Of a stretch of 64,000 bases of DNA, positions 18,907 to 27,697 are shown piece after piece. The notes beneath the pieces were generated by a model. It was given only the letters and a program-made list of their open reading frames with translations. It did no database searches and was not told where the DNA came from. The DNA is taken from positions 9,493 to 73,492 of the forward strand of contig JADZBP010000161.1 of NCBI GenBank assembly GCA_020852055.1. Reading direction: 5' to 3'. Every line of letters begins with the position of its first letter. Position 1 is the first letter of the stretch. The position numbers were made by a program, and so were the translations under genes. This DNA is from Candidatus Latescibacterota bacterium (GTDB taxonomy: Bacteria; Latescibacterota; UBA2968; UBA8231).

Positions 18907-19058
18907 GGGGCACAACCCCTTCGCTCATGACGTTCAATCCTTCGGATTGACGGTCTTCGACACTCGCCGGCCATCCCTGGCCGGCTCCGAGGTCTATCCT
19001 CCGGGGCGCAGTCCTGCGCCCCTTGGAGGACCGAAACCCGCTCAGGGGCAGTCGCCCC
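18907..19058 (-). repeat. structured intergenic element, family A, copy A1 (possible cis-regulatory RNA or REP-like element)
   Basis: Shares a conserved core with 41499-41616 in the same orientation. Two hairpins are retained through compensatory substitutions. Ends 28 nt upstream of ATG 18878. Confidence 0.6.
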
Positions 19059-19081
19059 GTCGTCTCTTCTGTTAGAAAACG

Positions 19082-19900
19082 CTATTTCCCATGCTGATCG
19101 CGGCGAGGCAGGATGGGGGCGGAGCGCAGTTCGCGGATCAGTTCGATGAGGCCCTCGATGCCGGCCTCCAGGAATTTCTCGCCCTTCTCCTTGGTCGCCT
19201 TGGTCGCGTCGCCCATCACCCCGCTGGCGGTCACCGAACTCCAGTAGGGCACCAGGCGGGCGGCCGAGCCCTGCGGGTGGGTGCCGGCCAAGAGGTCGGT
19301 CTTGAAGCTGGGCGGCATGGGGGAGCGCTCGTCCACCGCCTTGCTCATGTCCACCAGGTCGGGGCGCAGGGCCAGGTACAGGGAGGTCTCGAATTCGCCC
19401 CCGTGGGAGGTGCCGCCGTAGTCGGACTCGCGGATGGCCTTGCCCACCTCCTTGACCCGGCGCAGGTCCCAGTGATTGACCGAGGCGCAGTAGACCTGGC
19501 CCTGGTACTCGAGCACGGTGAGGCGGGCAGCCAGGTCCAGGGGCGAGGCGTTGCTGCCGTGGCCGTTGACCACCAGGATGCGCTTGAAGCCGTGGTGGGC
19601 CAGGCTGCAGCACACATCCTTGACGTAGCGGATGAAGGTATCCCAGGTGATGGTCAGGGTGCCGTGGAAATCCATGTGGTGCGGGCTGTAGCCGTGTAAC
19701 ACCGGGGGGATGAGGGTGGCCTCGCCGGGGATACGCGCCACGGCCCGCTCGCAGATTTCGGTGCAGAGCACCACATCCACGTCGATGGGCAGATGCGGGC
19801 CGTGGTCTTCGTAGATGGCCACCGGCAGCACGGCGACCCGGCCTTGGTCGGCGGCTTCCTTGCACTCGTACCAGATCATCTCGGCATCGCGGTATTTCAT
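19082..19900 (-). CDS. creatininase family amidohydrolase
   Basis: Start at [10 protein letters not shown] (ATG 19900, GGAGG upstream). Has [15 protein letters not shown] and HGGEFETS, typical of creatininase/MftE-like metal amidases. Confidence 0.8.
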   Translation of the reverse strand: MKYRDAEMIWYECKEAADQGRVAVLPVAIYEDHGPHLPIDVDVVLCTEICERAVARIPGEATLIPPVLHGYSPHHMDFHGTLTITWDTFIRYVKDVCCSLAHHGFKRILVVNGHGSNASPLDLAARLTVLEYQGQVYCASVNHWDLRRVKEVGKAIRESDYGGTSHGGEFETSLYLALRPDLVDMSKAVDERSPMPPSFKTDLLAGTHPQGSAARLVPYWSSVTASGVMGDATKATKEKGEKFLEAGIEGLIELIRELRSAPILPRRDQHGK

Positions 19901-19935
19901 GGCATCCTCCGGGGGAAAGGTGCAGCTAACATAAC

Positions 19936-20757
19936 TCAGCGACCGTCTGCCAGAAAGCGGTCCACCGCCCGGTCGAGACTGAGGGGGGCATCCTGGTTCC
20001 AGCGGTGATAGGCGCGCAGGAAGGGCACAATCAGATGGGTGGCGGAGATCAGTTCGCGGAAGAAGAGCCGGCCCATGGGCCCGGTGGCCTCCAGGTAGCC
20101 GCTCTCCTCGAAACGGCGCAGGTTGGCCTCCTGGTCGTAGGGCACCGACTGGTGGGCGACGTGCCAGCCCGAGAGGCGCCGCTCGGCAATCAGATACTGG
20201 GCGGTGGCATTGCCGTCGAGGGCCAGGCCCACGGACCCGGCGGTGGCGATCAATCCGCCGGCCCACTGCCGCAGGGAGGGGAGATGGTTGTGGCCGCGGG
20301 TGATCAGCGCGGCCTCCTCCCCGGCGAACATGGGGGCCAGCTGCTCTTCGGGGGTGTAGGGATAGATGCTGTCGTGGTCGTTGCGGGCCGAGGCGTGGAC
20401 CAGCAGCAGGTCGGGAGCCTGGGGCAGGCGCAGGGTCAGCGGCAGTTGGCCCATCTCCTGCAACTGGGCGGGGGCGAACTCGGCCAGGGCCCATTGCACC
20501 GGGGCGAACTGCGGGGTGCGCCACAGCGCCGGGGCCTGGGGATCGTGGAAATGGAAGAGATAGCGCTCGTGGTTGCCCCGCAGGATGGGGCAGCCCAGGC
20601 TCTGGGCGCGCTGCCAGCAGGCCGCCGAATCGGGCGAGCCGACCACGATATCCCCGGCGATCACCAGCTGATCCACCCGCTCTTGCGCGGCGTGCTCCAG
20701 GGCGGCCTCGAAGGCCGGCAGGTTGCCGTGGATATCGGAGAGGAAGGCGAGGCGCAT
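19936..20757 (-). CDS. metallophosphoesterase (calcineurin-like)
   Basis: MRLAFLSDIHGN, GDIVVG, GNHE motifs. The start could alternatively be GTG 20769. Confidence 0.8.
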   Translation of the reverse strand: MRLAFLSDIHGNLPAFEAALEHAAQERVDQLVIAGDIVVGSPDSAACWQRAQSLGCPILRGNHERYLFHFHDPQAPALWRTPQFAPVQWALAEFAPAQLQEMGQLPLTLRLPQAPDLLLVHASARNDHDSIYPYTPEEQLAPMFAGEEAALITRGHNHLPSLRQWAGGLIATAGSVGLALDGNATAQYLIAERRLSGWHVAHQSVPYDQEANLRRFEESGYLEATGPMGRLFFRELISATHLIVPFLRAYHRWNQDAPLSLDRAVDRFLADGR

Positions 20758-20761
20758 GGAT

Positions 20762-20791
20762 TTGACCACCGGTGTCGTTCAGCGGTAGAAT
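20762..20791 (+). promoter_or_regulatory. candidate sigma-70 promoter for the ABC importer operon
   Basis: TTGACC-N18-TAGAAT, about 29 nt upstream of ATG 20820, in a divergent intergenic region. Confidence 0.5.
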
Positions 20792-20819
20792 AGTAAGCCC
20801 TCGCCCAGGAGCCGTCCAG

Positions 20820-23354
20820 ATGCCGCGTCGCCCGGTGTTGCTGCTTATTGCTGTCCTCTGCATGGAGGCAGGCCCCACCCTGGCCACTCAGGAGTTGATC
20901 GCCTGGGGGGCGTGGCGCAACCGCGGGCTGGAGGCGGCCTTCCGCCAGTTCGAGTTGGAGCACCCCGAGTGGGAGCTGACCACCTCGGCGGCCAGCAGCG
21001 GGCGCATGGACCCGCAGAAGCTGATGTGCGGCATCGCCGGGGGCAGCCCGCCCGACCTGCTGATCCAGGACCGTTTCTCCGTGGGCGAATGGGCGGTGCG
21101 CGACGCCTTTGTGCCCCTGGACGAGTGGATCAACCAGAGCCTGGAGCAGGAGGCCTGGGCGCAGCAGACCCGCCAGCGTTTGGCAGACCCTCCCGCAGCC
21201 CTCATCCCCCTCAGACAACTGATCGCCGCCCTGGAGCCATTGGGCGCCAGCCGGCAGTTGGATCTGGCCCGCGAACTGGAGGAGGGCCTGGCACAGGGCG
21301 GCGACCCTGGCCTGGGTGACAAGGCCGCCCTGCTCGAGGAGTTGTGCCAGGGCATCCACCCCGACCGTTTCTTCCGCACCTGCTGGGAGGAGGCCAGCTT
21401 CGGGGCCGGGGAGCAGCGCCGGGTCTACGCGGTGCCCAACAGCACCGACGACCGGGTGCTCTATTACAACGAAGACCTGCTGGAGCGGGCCGGCCTGGTG
21501 GACGCGCAGGGCCGGGCCAAAGCGCCGGCCGACTGGGACGAACTCAAACGCTGGGCTGTGGCCCTCACCGAGTTCGACGAAACCGGCGGCATGACCCGCC
21601 TGGGGTTCGCCCCCAATTACGGCAACAGCTGGCTCTACATCTACGGCTGGCTCAACGGCGGCGAGTTCATGAGCGAGGACGGCCGCACCTGCACCCTCGA
21701 CGACCCGCGCATCGCCGAGGCCCTGGCCTATATGGTGGAGGTGTACGACGCCCTGGGCGGCATCGAGAAGGTGGACGCCTTCCAGAGCTCCTTCCAGGGC
21801 GGCGAGTTCGATCCCTTCCTCACCGGCAAGGTGGCGATGAAGATCGACGGCAACGGCTTCATCAACTCCATCGTCCAGTACGCCCCGCAGCTGCGCTTCG
21901 AGGTGGTGGCCCCGCCGGCGCCCAAAGGCAAGACCTCCATCACCTGGTCGGGCGGTTTTTCCTGGGCCATCCCGGTGGGCGCCAAAAACCCGCGCATCGC
22001 CTTTGAGCTGATTCGCTACCTGATGACCGACCGGGCCTGGAAGCTGCAGAACCAGGTCGAGGCCCGGTACGCGGCCAGCCGGGGCCGGCTCTTTGTGCCC
22101 AACATGGCGCCCCTGCCGCACGTCAACCAGTTCACCTACGACCTGCTCTTGCGCGACAACCCCGAGCTGACCGAAAGGGTCAAGCGCAATTTCCTGCTCT
22201 GTGCCGACCTGATGTCGGTCTCGCGTTTCCGGCCCGTCACCCCGGTGGGGCAGCTGCTGTGGGACGAGCACCGCCGTGCGTACGAAAAGGCGGTGCGCCA
22301 CACCTACTCGCCGCAGGAAGCCCTGGAGCGGGGCCGGCAGCGGGTGCAGGAGCAGTTGGATCTGGTCTATTCGGGCAAGGTGTACCCCCTGCTCGACTGG
22401 CATTACCCGCTGGCCGGGGTGGTGCTGCTGCTCCTGGGTGGCCTGGGCTGGTGCCTGTGGCAGTGGCAGCGGCGCGGGCGGCCCTCGCTCTACGGCTACC
22501 TCTTCGCCGCCCCCTGGCTCACCGGCCTAACCTTGTTAACTGCCGGCCCCATCCTGGTCTCCATCCTCTACAGTTTTTGCCGCTACGATGTGTTGCACCC
22601 GCCCCGGTTCGTGGGCCTGGACAACTACCGCCGGCTCTTCTTCGAGGACCCGCTCTTCTGGAAATCCCTGGCCAATACCGGCTTCATGATGCTGGGCATC
22701 CCGGTGGGTATGAGCGCCGGCCTGGGCATCGCCCTGCTGCTCAACGCCAAGGTGCGGGGCATGCAGGTCTACCGCACCATCTTCTACCTGCCGGCCATCG
22801 TGCCGATGGTGGCCAGTTCCATCCTGTGGATCTGGGTGCTCAACCCGGAGGTGGGCCTGATCAATGCCTTCCTCAAGCTGCTGGGCTGGGCCGACCCGCC
22901 CAACTGGCTGCAGAGTTCGGACTGGTTTCTCGGATCGAAGATGGCCATCATCCTCATGGGATTGTGGAGCGCCGGCTCGGGAATGATCGTCTGGCTAGCC
23001 GGCCTAAAGGGTATCCCCGAGCATCTCTACGAGGCGGCGTCCCTCGACGGGGCCGGCCCGGTGGGCCGCTTCTTCCACGTCACCCTGCCCATGCTCTCGC
23101 CCTACATCTTCTTCAATTTGATCATGGGCATCATCGGCACCATGCAGATCTTCACCCAGGCCTATATCATGACCGAGGGCGGCCCGGATGACTCGACGAT
23201 GTTCTACGCCTACTACCTGTTCAACAGCGCCTTCCGTTATTTCGAGATGGGTTATGCCTCGGCCCTGGCCTGGATCCTCTTCGTGGTGATCCTGGCCCTC
23301 ACCCTGGTGCAGACCAAGCTGGCGCCCCGCTGGGTGCACTACGAGGCCGAATGA
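20820..23354 (+). CDS. fused extracellular solute-binding protein / ABC permease (CUT1 sugar type, MalF-like)
   Basis: One uninterrupted frame. It has an N-terminal signal/anchor, an SBP family-1-like domain of about 500 aa, a linker TM (AGVVLLLLGGLGWCLWQW), then a MalF-like permease with the EAA loop (YEAASLDGAGPVGRFFHVTLP). AGGAG lies 8 nt before ATG 20820. Confidence 0.8.
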   Translation: MPRRPVLLLIAVLCMEAGPTLATQELIAWGAWRNRGLEAAFRQFELEHPEWELTTSAASSGRMDPQKLMCGIAGGSPPDLLIQDRFSVGEWAVRDAFVPLDEWINQSLEQEAWAQQTRQRLADPPAALIPLRQLIAALEPLGASRQLDLARELEEGLAQGGDPGLGDKAALLEELCQGIHPDRFFRTCWEEASFGAGEQRRVYAVPNSTDDRVLYYNEDLLERAGLVDAQGRAKAPADWDELKRWAVALTEFDETGGMTRLGFAPNYGNSWLYIYGWLNGGEFMSEDGRTCTLDDPRIAEALAYMVEVYDALGGIEKVDAFQSSFQGGEFDPFLTGKVAMKIDGNGFINSIVQYAPQLRFEVVAPPAPKGKTSITWSGGFSWAIPVGAKNPRIAFELIRYLMTDRAWKLQNQVEARYAASRGRLFVPNMAPLPHVNQFTYDLLLRDNPELTERVKRNFLLCADLMSVSRFRPVTPVGQLLWDEHRRAYEKAVRHTYSPQEALERGRQRVQEQLDLVYSGKVYPLLDWHYPLAGVVLLLLGGLGWCLWQWQRRGRPSLYGYLFAAPWLTGLTLLTAGPILVSILYSFCRYDVLHPPRFVGLDNYRRLFFEDPLFWKSLANTGFMMLGIPVGMSAGLGIALLLNAKVRGMQVYRTIFYLPAIVPMVASSILWIWVLNPEVGLINAFLKLLGWADPPNWLQSSDWFLGSKMAIILMGLWSAGSGMIVWLAGLKGIPEHLYEAASLDGAGPVGRFFHVTLPMLSPYIFFNLIMGIIGTMQIFTQAYIMTEGGPDDSTMFYAYYLFNSAFRYFEMGYASALAWILFVVILALTLVQTKLAPRWVHYEAE

Positions 23355-25006
23355 AGGCCCTCGTCCCTGCCCGCCTGGCTATCCACGCCGCCCTGGTCCT
23401 GGGCTGCCTGCTCTTCTCCTTCCCCTTCGTATGGCTCTTGAGCACCAGCTTCAAGTACGACGAGGAGATCTTCGTGTACCCGCCCAAGTGGGTGCCCGCC
23501 GCTCCGGGGGTGCGTACCCATTCCCCCTATGTGCACAGCGAGGAGCAGTTGCCCGCCGAGATCGGGCAGCGCTGGGTGCAGGTGCGGGGGGAACTGGAGC
23601 CGGTGCTGTGGGAGCGGGGCCGGGAACTGCTGGGGGAGGAGCGGCTGGAGGGACTGGATCCGGCGCAGGTGCGGCCGGTGCTGGCTGAGGCGCTTTTTGC
23701 CGCTGCCGGCCGCCGGGTGGCGCGGCAGGACTGGCAACTCGAGGGCGCGGCCTTCGCCAGCGCACTGCTGGATCGGCTCGACGGGCCTATCGCCCTGGCG
23801 GCCTGGGAAGGCATTTATCGCGGGGTGGCCCTGCGCCTGCCCACGGTGCGCGACACCGATCTGGAGGACCGGCCCGTGGGGCAGACTGCGGCGCTGGCTG
23901 CCTGGCAGCCGGTGTCGGGCCAGGTGCAGCTGCGACCCGCGCCGGCCGAGCGGTCCCTGCGCCTGGAATACGACCTGAGCGGCGGGGTTCCGGTGATGCT
24001 CGAAGGGGTGTTTCCCCTGCCGGTTCCCGAGGAGCGTTTCCTCAGCCTGACCCTGCCCATGCGCCAGGACCGCTCCTGGCACCGGCTGGAGGTGCAGCTG
24101 GAGCTGGGCGGCAAACGCTACGGGCTGCGCGACGAGCTGTACCTGGGCCAGCGCCGCTGGCAGGAGCTGACCTTCAAGCTGGAGGAGCAGGATGCCCGCG
24201 ACGAGCGGGAGCTGGGGGTCTGGCCCCTGGTGCTGGCTGCCGACCAGCAGGGAGTCTTCGACCAGCCCGGGCAGGTGCGCCTGCGCCTGGGCATCGAGCC
24301 GGCCAGCGCGATGCAGGCCCTGTGGCGCAAGTACACCTCAAGCTATCGGCAGGCGTACCTGGCCACGCCCCTGCGCTGGAATTACGTGTTCAACAGCGCG
24401 TATCTGGTGGTCCTCGGCATTGCCGGGCAGCTGCTGAGCTGCTCGCTGGTGGCCTATGCCTTTGCGCGGCTGCGCTGGCCCGGGCGGGAGGCGCTCTTCG
24501 GGGTGCTGCTGGCCACCATGATGCTGCCGGGCCAGGTGACGATGATCCCGGTTTTCCTCATCTTCAAGAACCTCGGCTGGTACAACACCCTCAAAACCCT
24601 GTGGGTGCCTTCGTTCTTCGGTTCGGCCTTTTTCATCTTCATGCTGCGGCAGTTCATGCGGGCCATCCCCAATGACCTGGAGGACGCGGCGCGTATCGAC
24701 GGCTGCGGCCCCTTCGGCATCTACTGGCGCATCATCCTGCCCCTGATCAAGCCGGCCCTGGCGGCGGTGGCCATCTTCACCTTCATGGGCACCTGGAACG
24801 ACTTCATGGGCCCGCTGATCTACCTCAACGACCAGCGGCTCTACCCGCTGGCCCTGGGCCTCTTCGACTTCCGCAGCCAGCACGGCGGCGAGTTCGGCAT
24901 GCTGATGGCCGCCTCCACCCTGATGACCCTGCCGGTGATCGGGGTCTTCTTCCTGGCGCAGAAATACTTCATCCAGGGGGTGACCTTGACGGGTATGAAG
25001 GGATGA
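23351..25006 (+). CDS. ABC permease (MalG-like) with a roughly 280-aa extracytoplasmic insertion after TM1
   Basis: ATGA overlap with the upstream gene. TM1 and STSFK, then a long non-membrane segment, then a canonical MalG-type core with the EAA loop (LEDAARIDGCGPFGIYWRIILP). Confidence 0.8.
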   Translation: MKALVPARLAIHAALVLGCLLFSFPFVWLLSTSFKYDEEIFVYPPKWVPAAPGVRTHSPYVHSEEQLPAEIGQRWVQVRGELEPVLWERGRELLGEERLEGLDPAQVRPVLAEALFAAAGRRVARQDWQLEGAAFASALLDRLDGPIALAAWEGIYRGVALRLPTVRDTDLEDRPVGQTAALAAWQPVSGQVQLRPAPAERSLRLEYDLSGGVPVMLEGVFPLPVPEERFLSLTLPMRQDRSWHRLEVQLELGGKRYGLRDELYLGQRRWQELTFKLEEQDARDERELGVWPLVLAADQQGVFDQPGQVRLRLGIEPASAMQALWRKYTSSYRQAYLATPLRWNYVFNSAYLVVLGIAGQLLSCSLVAYAFARLRWPGREALFGVLLATMMLPGQVTMIPVFLIFKNLGWYNTLKTLWVPSFFGSAFFIFMLRQFMRAIPNDLEDAARIDGCGPFGIYWRIILPLIKPALAAVAIFTFMGTWNDFMGPLIYLNDQRLYPLALGLFDFRSQHGGEFGMLMAASTLMTLPVIGVFFLAQKYFIQGVTLTGMKG

Positions 25007-25097
25007 AGGCCGACACGTCGGATTCCGGCGCCGGGGGGAGATTGCGGTTCATGGTTCCTGCTTGGAGGGGTCTAGCTCCTGGAGTACCTTTTTGAGT

Positions 25098-25313
25098 ATG
25101 AATCCCAAACAACACCCGAATCATCGACTCTATGTTGAGGTCCTGCGCAGGATGACGCCTGAACAAAGGCTGCTAAAGGCGTTTGAACTCTCCGCTTTTT
25201 CAAAGCAGCTTTTTGCCCACGGGTTGAGAAAGAAACACCCCGATGTTTCGGTGGCCGAGTTCACGCAAGTTTTCAAAGAACGTCTGGATAAATGTCACAA
25301 CAGGAATTACTGA
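25098..25313 (+). CDS. small hypothetical protein, partner of the downstream nucleotidyltransferase (possible antitoxin)
   Basis: 71 aa from ATG 25098 (the track start at 25062 is a TTG). Overlaps the next gene by 22 nt. Lower GC than the flanks. Ends KCHNRNY. No recognised domain. Confidence 0.5.
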   Translation: MNPKQHPNHRLYVEVLRRMTPEQRLLKAFELSAFSKQLFAHGLRKKHPDVSVAEFTQVFKERLDKCHNRNY

Positions 25314-25858
25314 GCAAGGTCATCGAAACGCTAGATCAGAGCGGTATCGATCATATGATCACCGGGTCTGTGGCTTCGAGCTTACAGGGAGAGCCTAGAT
25401 CGACCCATGACGTCGATGTTGTAATTGCGATTCAGGAGGCCGACATCGAACACCTGATGAGGGTATTTCTGCCTCCTAGGTACTACCTGGATGCAGAAGC
25501 TATACGAGAGGCGATCTCCCATAGGTCGATGTTCAACCTGATAGATGTAGTCGAGGGAGACAAGGTCGACTTTTGGCTCTTGACCAATCAGCCATTCGAC
25601 CAGTCGCGGTTTGCGCGCAAGTATGTGGAAGAGGTGATGGGGATGAGACTGAAGGTATCCAGTCCCGAGGATACGATACTCGCCAAACTGCTATGGGCGG
25701 TGAAGTCGGGAGGGAGCGAGAAGCAGTTCACTGATGCCTTGCGTGTCTTTGAAGTTCAGCACGACACCTTGGACTTGAATTACCTGAATGAGTGGGCAGT
25801 TGCTCTGGCTGTTGAGGAAATATGGAACCGCTTACAGGATGAGGCCGAGATCGTCTAG
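25292..25858 (+). CDS. nucleotidyltransferase-fold protein (AbiEii-like, candidate toxin)
   Basis: 188 aa. Pol-beta NTase signature ITGSVASSLQGEPRSTHDVDVVI (GS...DxD). The C-terminal PEDTILAKLLW helix resembles AbiEii-type proteins. Confidence 0.6.
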   Translation: MSQQELLSKVIETLDQSGIDHMITGSVASSLQGEPRSTHDVDVVIAIQEADIEHLMRVFLPPRYYLDAEAIREAISHRSMFNLIDVVEGDKVDFWLLTNQPFDQSRFARKYVEEVMGMRLKVSSPEDTILAKLLWAVKSGGSEKQFTDALRVFEVQHDTLDLNYLNEWAVALAVEEIWNRLQDEAEIV

Positions 25859-25939
25859 CGCCTCTAACCACGCGCCACTCTGTCGGATCAGATACCGCAA
25901 CCTACCCCACAAAGGCAGGGGCCATGGCCTTGGCGACCG

Positions 25940-26494
25940 ATGAACACCACGACCATGCCCATCGCTGATGAAGTGGTCGCCGCCACCCGCCTATGGATCG
26001 AGCGGGCGGTGATCGGGCTCAACCTCTGCCCCTTTGCCAAGGCGGTCTACGTCCGGGAGCAGATCCGTTATGTGGTGAGCCCGGCCCAGGACCCCGGGGC
26101 CCTGCTGGACGAGTTGAAGCAGGAGCTGCGTTTCCTGGCCGCTGCCGAGCCCGAGGCGGTGGACACCACCCTGCTCATCCACCCGCAGGTGCTCACCGAT
26201 TTCCGCGCCTATAACGACTTCCTCTCCCTGGCCGACGAGGCCCTGGCCGAACTCGAGTTGGAAGGCGTGCTGCAGCTCGCCAGTTTCCATCCCGCCTACC
26301 AGTTCGCCGACACGACCCCGGACGACATCACCAACTACACCAACCGCTCCCCCTATCCCATGCTGCACCTGCTGCGCGAGGCGAGCATCGACCGGGCGGT
26401 GGCCGCCTTTCCCGAGGCCGAGGCGATCTACCTGAAGAACATGGAGACCCTGCGCCGGCTCGGGGTGGCAGGGTGGCAGGGGCTGGGGCTGTAG
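25940..26494 (+). CDS. DUF1415 domain protein
   Basis: 184 aa. IGLNLCPFA, FHPAYQF and NRSPYPMLHLLRE are characteristic of DUF1415. Confidence 0.75.
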   Translation: MNTTTMPIADEVVAATRLWIERAVIGLNLCPFAKAVYVREQIRYVVSPAQDPGALLDELKQELRFLAAAEPEAVDTTLLIHPQVLTDFRAYNDFLSLADEALAELELEGVLQLASFHPAYQFADTTPDDITNYTNRSPYPMLHLLREASIDRAVAAFPEAEAIYLKNMETLRRLGVAGWQGLGL

Positions 26495-26571
26495 CAACAG
26501 GGATTTTGCATGGAAGGGAGCACCCAGCCAAGTACCTTAGCGACAGGGATTGCGCCCAAGTGGAGGGGTAT

Positions 26572-26784
26572 ATGCAGTACGCTGTCGTGATCGAGAAGGC
26601 CGAGGGCAACTATTCGGCGTACGTTCCAGATCTTCCCGGCTGTGTGGCGACAGGAAATAGCCGCAAGGAGGTGGAGATGCAAATTCGCGAAGCCATCGAG
26701 TTTCACCTTGAGGGTCTTCGGGAGGATGGGGCTTCCATACCCCAACCATCGAGCCAGGTGGACTACGTAGAGGTTGCGGCATAA
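26572..26784 (+). CDS. hicB: HicB-like antitoxin (UPF0150 fold), no intact hicA partner
   Basis: MQYAVVIEKAEGNYSAYVPDLPGCVATGNSRKEVEMQIREAIEFHLEGL is the classic HicB N-terminal domain. ATG 26572 follows GGAGGGG. Confidence 0.8.
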   Translation: MQYAVVIEKAEGNYSAYVPDLPGCVATGNSRKEVEMQIREAIEFHLEGLREDGASIPQPSSQVDYVEVAA

Positions 26785-26796
26785 CCGGCCTGAACC

Positions 26797-27660
26797 ATGA
26801 ACAAGAAAGACCTCAGCGAACGGGATATCTGCACCAAGTATATTACGCCTAGTATCACTGCGGCGGGTTGGGATATCCATACCCAAATCCGCGAAGAGGT
26901 GGGTTTCACCGATGGCCGGATTCAAGTCCGGGGGAAAGTCTATGTCCGTGGAAAACAGAAGCGGGCGGACTACATCCTCTACTACAAGCCCAATATCCCC
27001 ATCGCTATCATCGAGGCCAAAGACAACAACCACGCGGTAGGTGCTGGTATCCAACAGGCCCTTGGTTACGCCCGAACCCTGGATATCCCTTTTGTCTTCA
27101 GCAGCAACGCGATGCCTTCCTGTTCCATGACCAGACGGTAAAATCTGGAGCGATGGAGGCCGAACTTACACTCGCCGACTTCCCTTCTCCCAACCAACTC
27201 TGGCAGAGATATAGGGCCTTCAAAGGCCTGGCCGACGAGGTCGAACCCGTTGTTGTACAGGATTACTTTTCCGACAGTTCGAATCGCGCACCTCGCTACT
27301 ACCAGCAGATTGCGGTCAATCGCGCTGCGGAGGCGACTGCGCGAAACGAGGGCAACAACCGCCATCTACTCGTCATGGCGACCGGAACCGGAAAGACCTA
27401 CGTCGCTTTCCAGATCATCTATCGCTTGTGGAAAAGTGGGCTGAAGAAGCGCATCCTCTTTCTGGCGGACCGCACCGCACTGATCGACCAGACGGTTCGC
27501 GGTGACTTCCGCCACTTCAAAGAGGCGATGACCGTCATCAAACACAAGCAGATCGACACCGCCTACAATATCTATCTTGCCCTTTACCAGGGACTCTCAG
27601 ATAACCACCACGACGATGCCTACCGGCAGTTCAGCCCGGAGTTTTTTGATCTGGCTCCAG
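26797..27660 (+). pseudogene. hsdR: type I restriction enzyme R subunit (hsdR), frameshifted and 3'-truncated
   Basis: N-terminal nuclease domain (ADYILY...IIEAKD) and helicase motif I (MATGTGKT). A one-nt loss near 27109 (expected FSSNGDAFLFHD) shifts the frame. Homology stops at FSPEFFDL, just before the expected DExH box. Confidence 0.75.
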
Positions 27661-27697
27661 GTTTTCTCGAAGCCTGTATCAAGGCCAGTCGCGGTAA

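Noticed and set aside
17808-19865. 685-aa ORF, and other long N-terminal extensions in the track (for example 19082-20887, 11973-13367, 29531-32587, 31501-33891, 41105-41929)
   Set aside because: The upstream parts read through repeats or the antisense or out-of-frame sequence of neighbouring genes. Internal starts with an RBS and family-typical N-termini give non-overlapping gene models.
26473-26571. Relic of a hicA toxin gene upstream of hicB
   Set aside because: Only a vague resemblance of ...HGREHPAKYLSDRDCAQVEG to HicA C-termini, with no start and no conserved residues I can point to.
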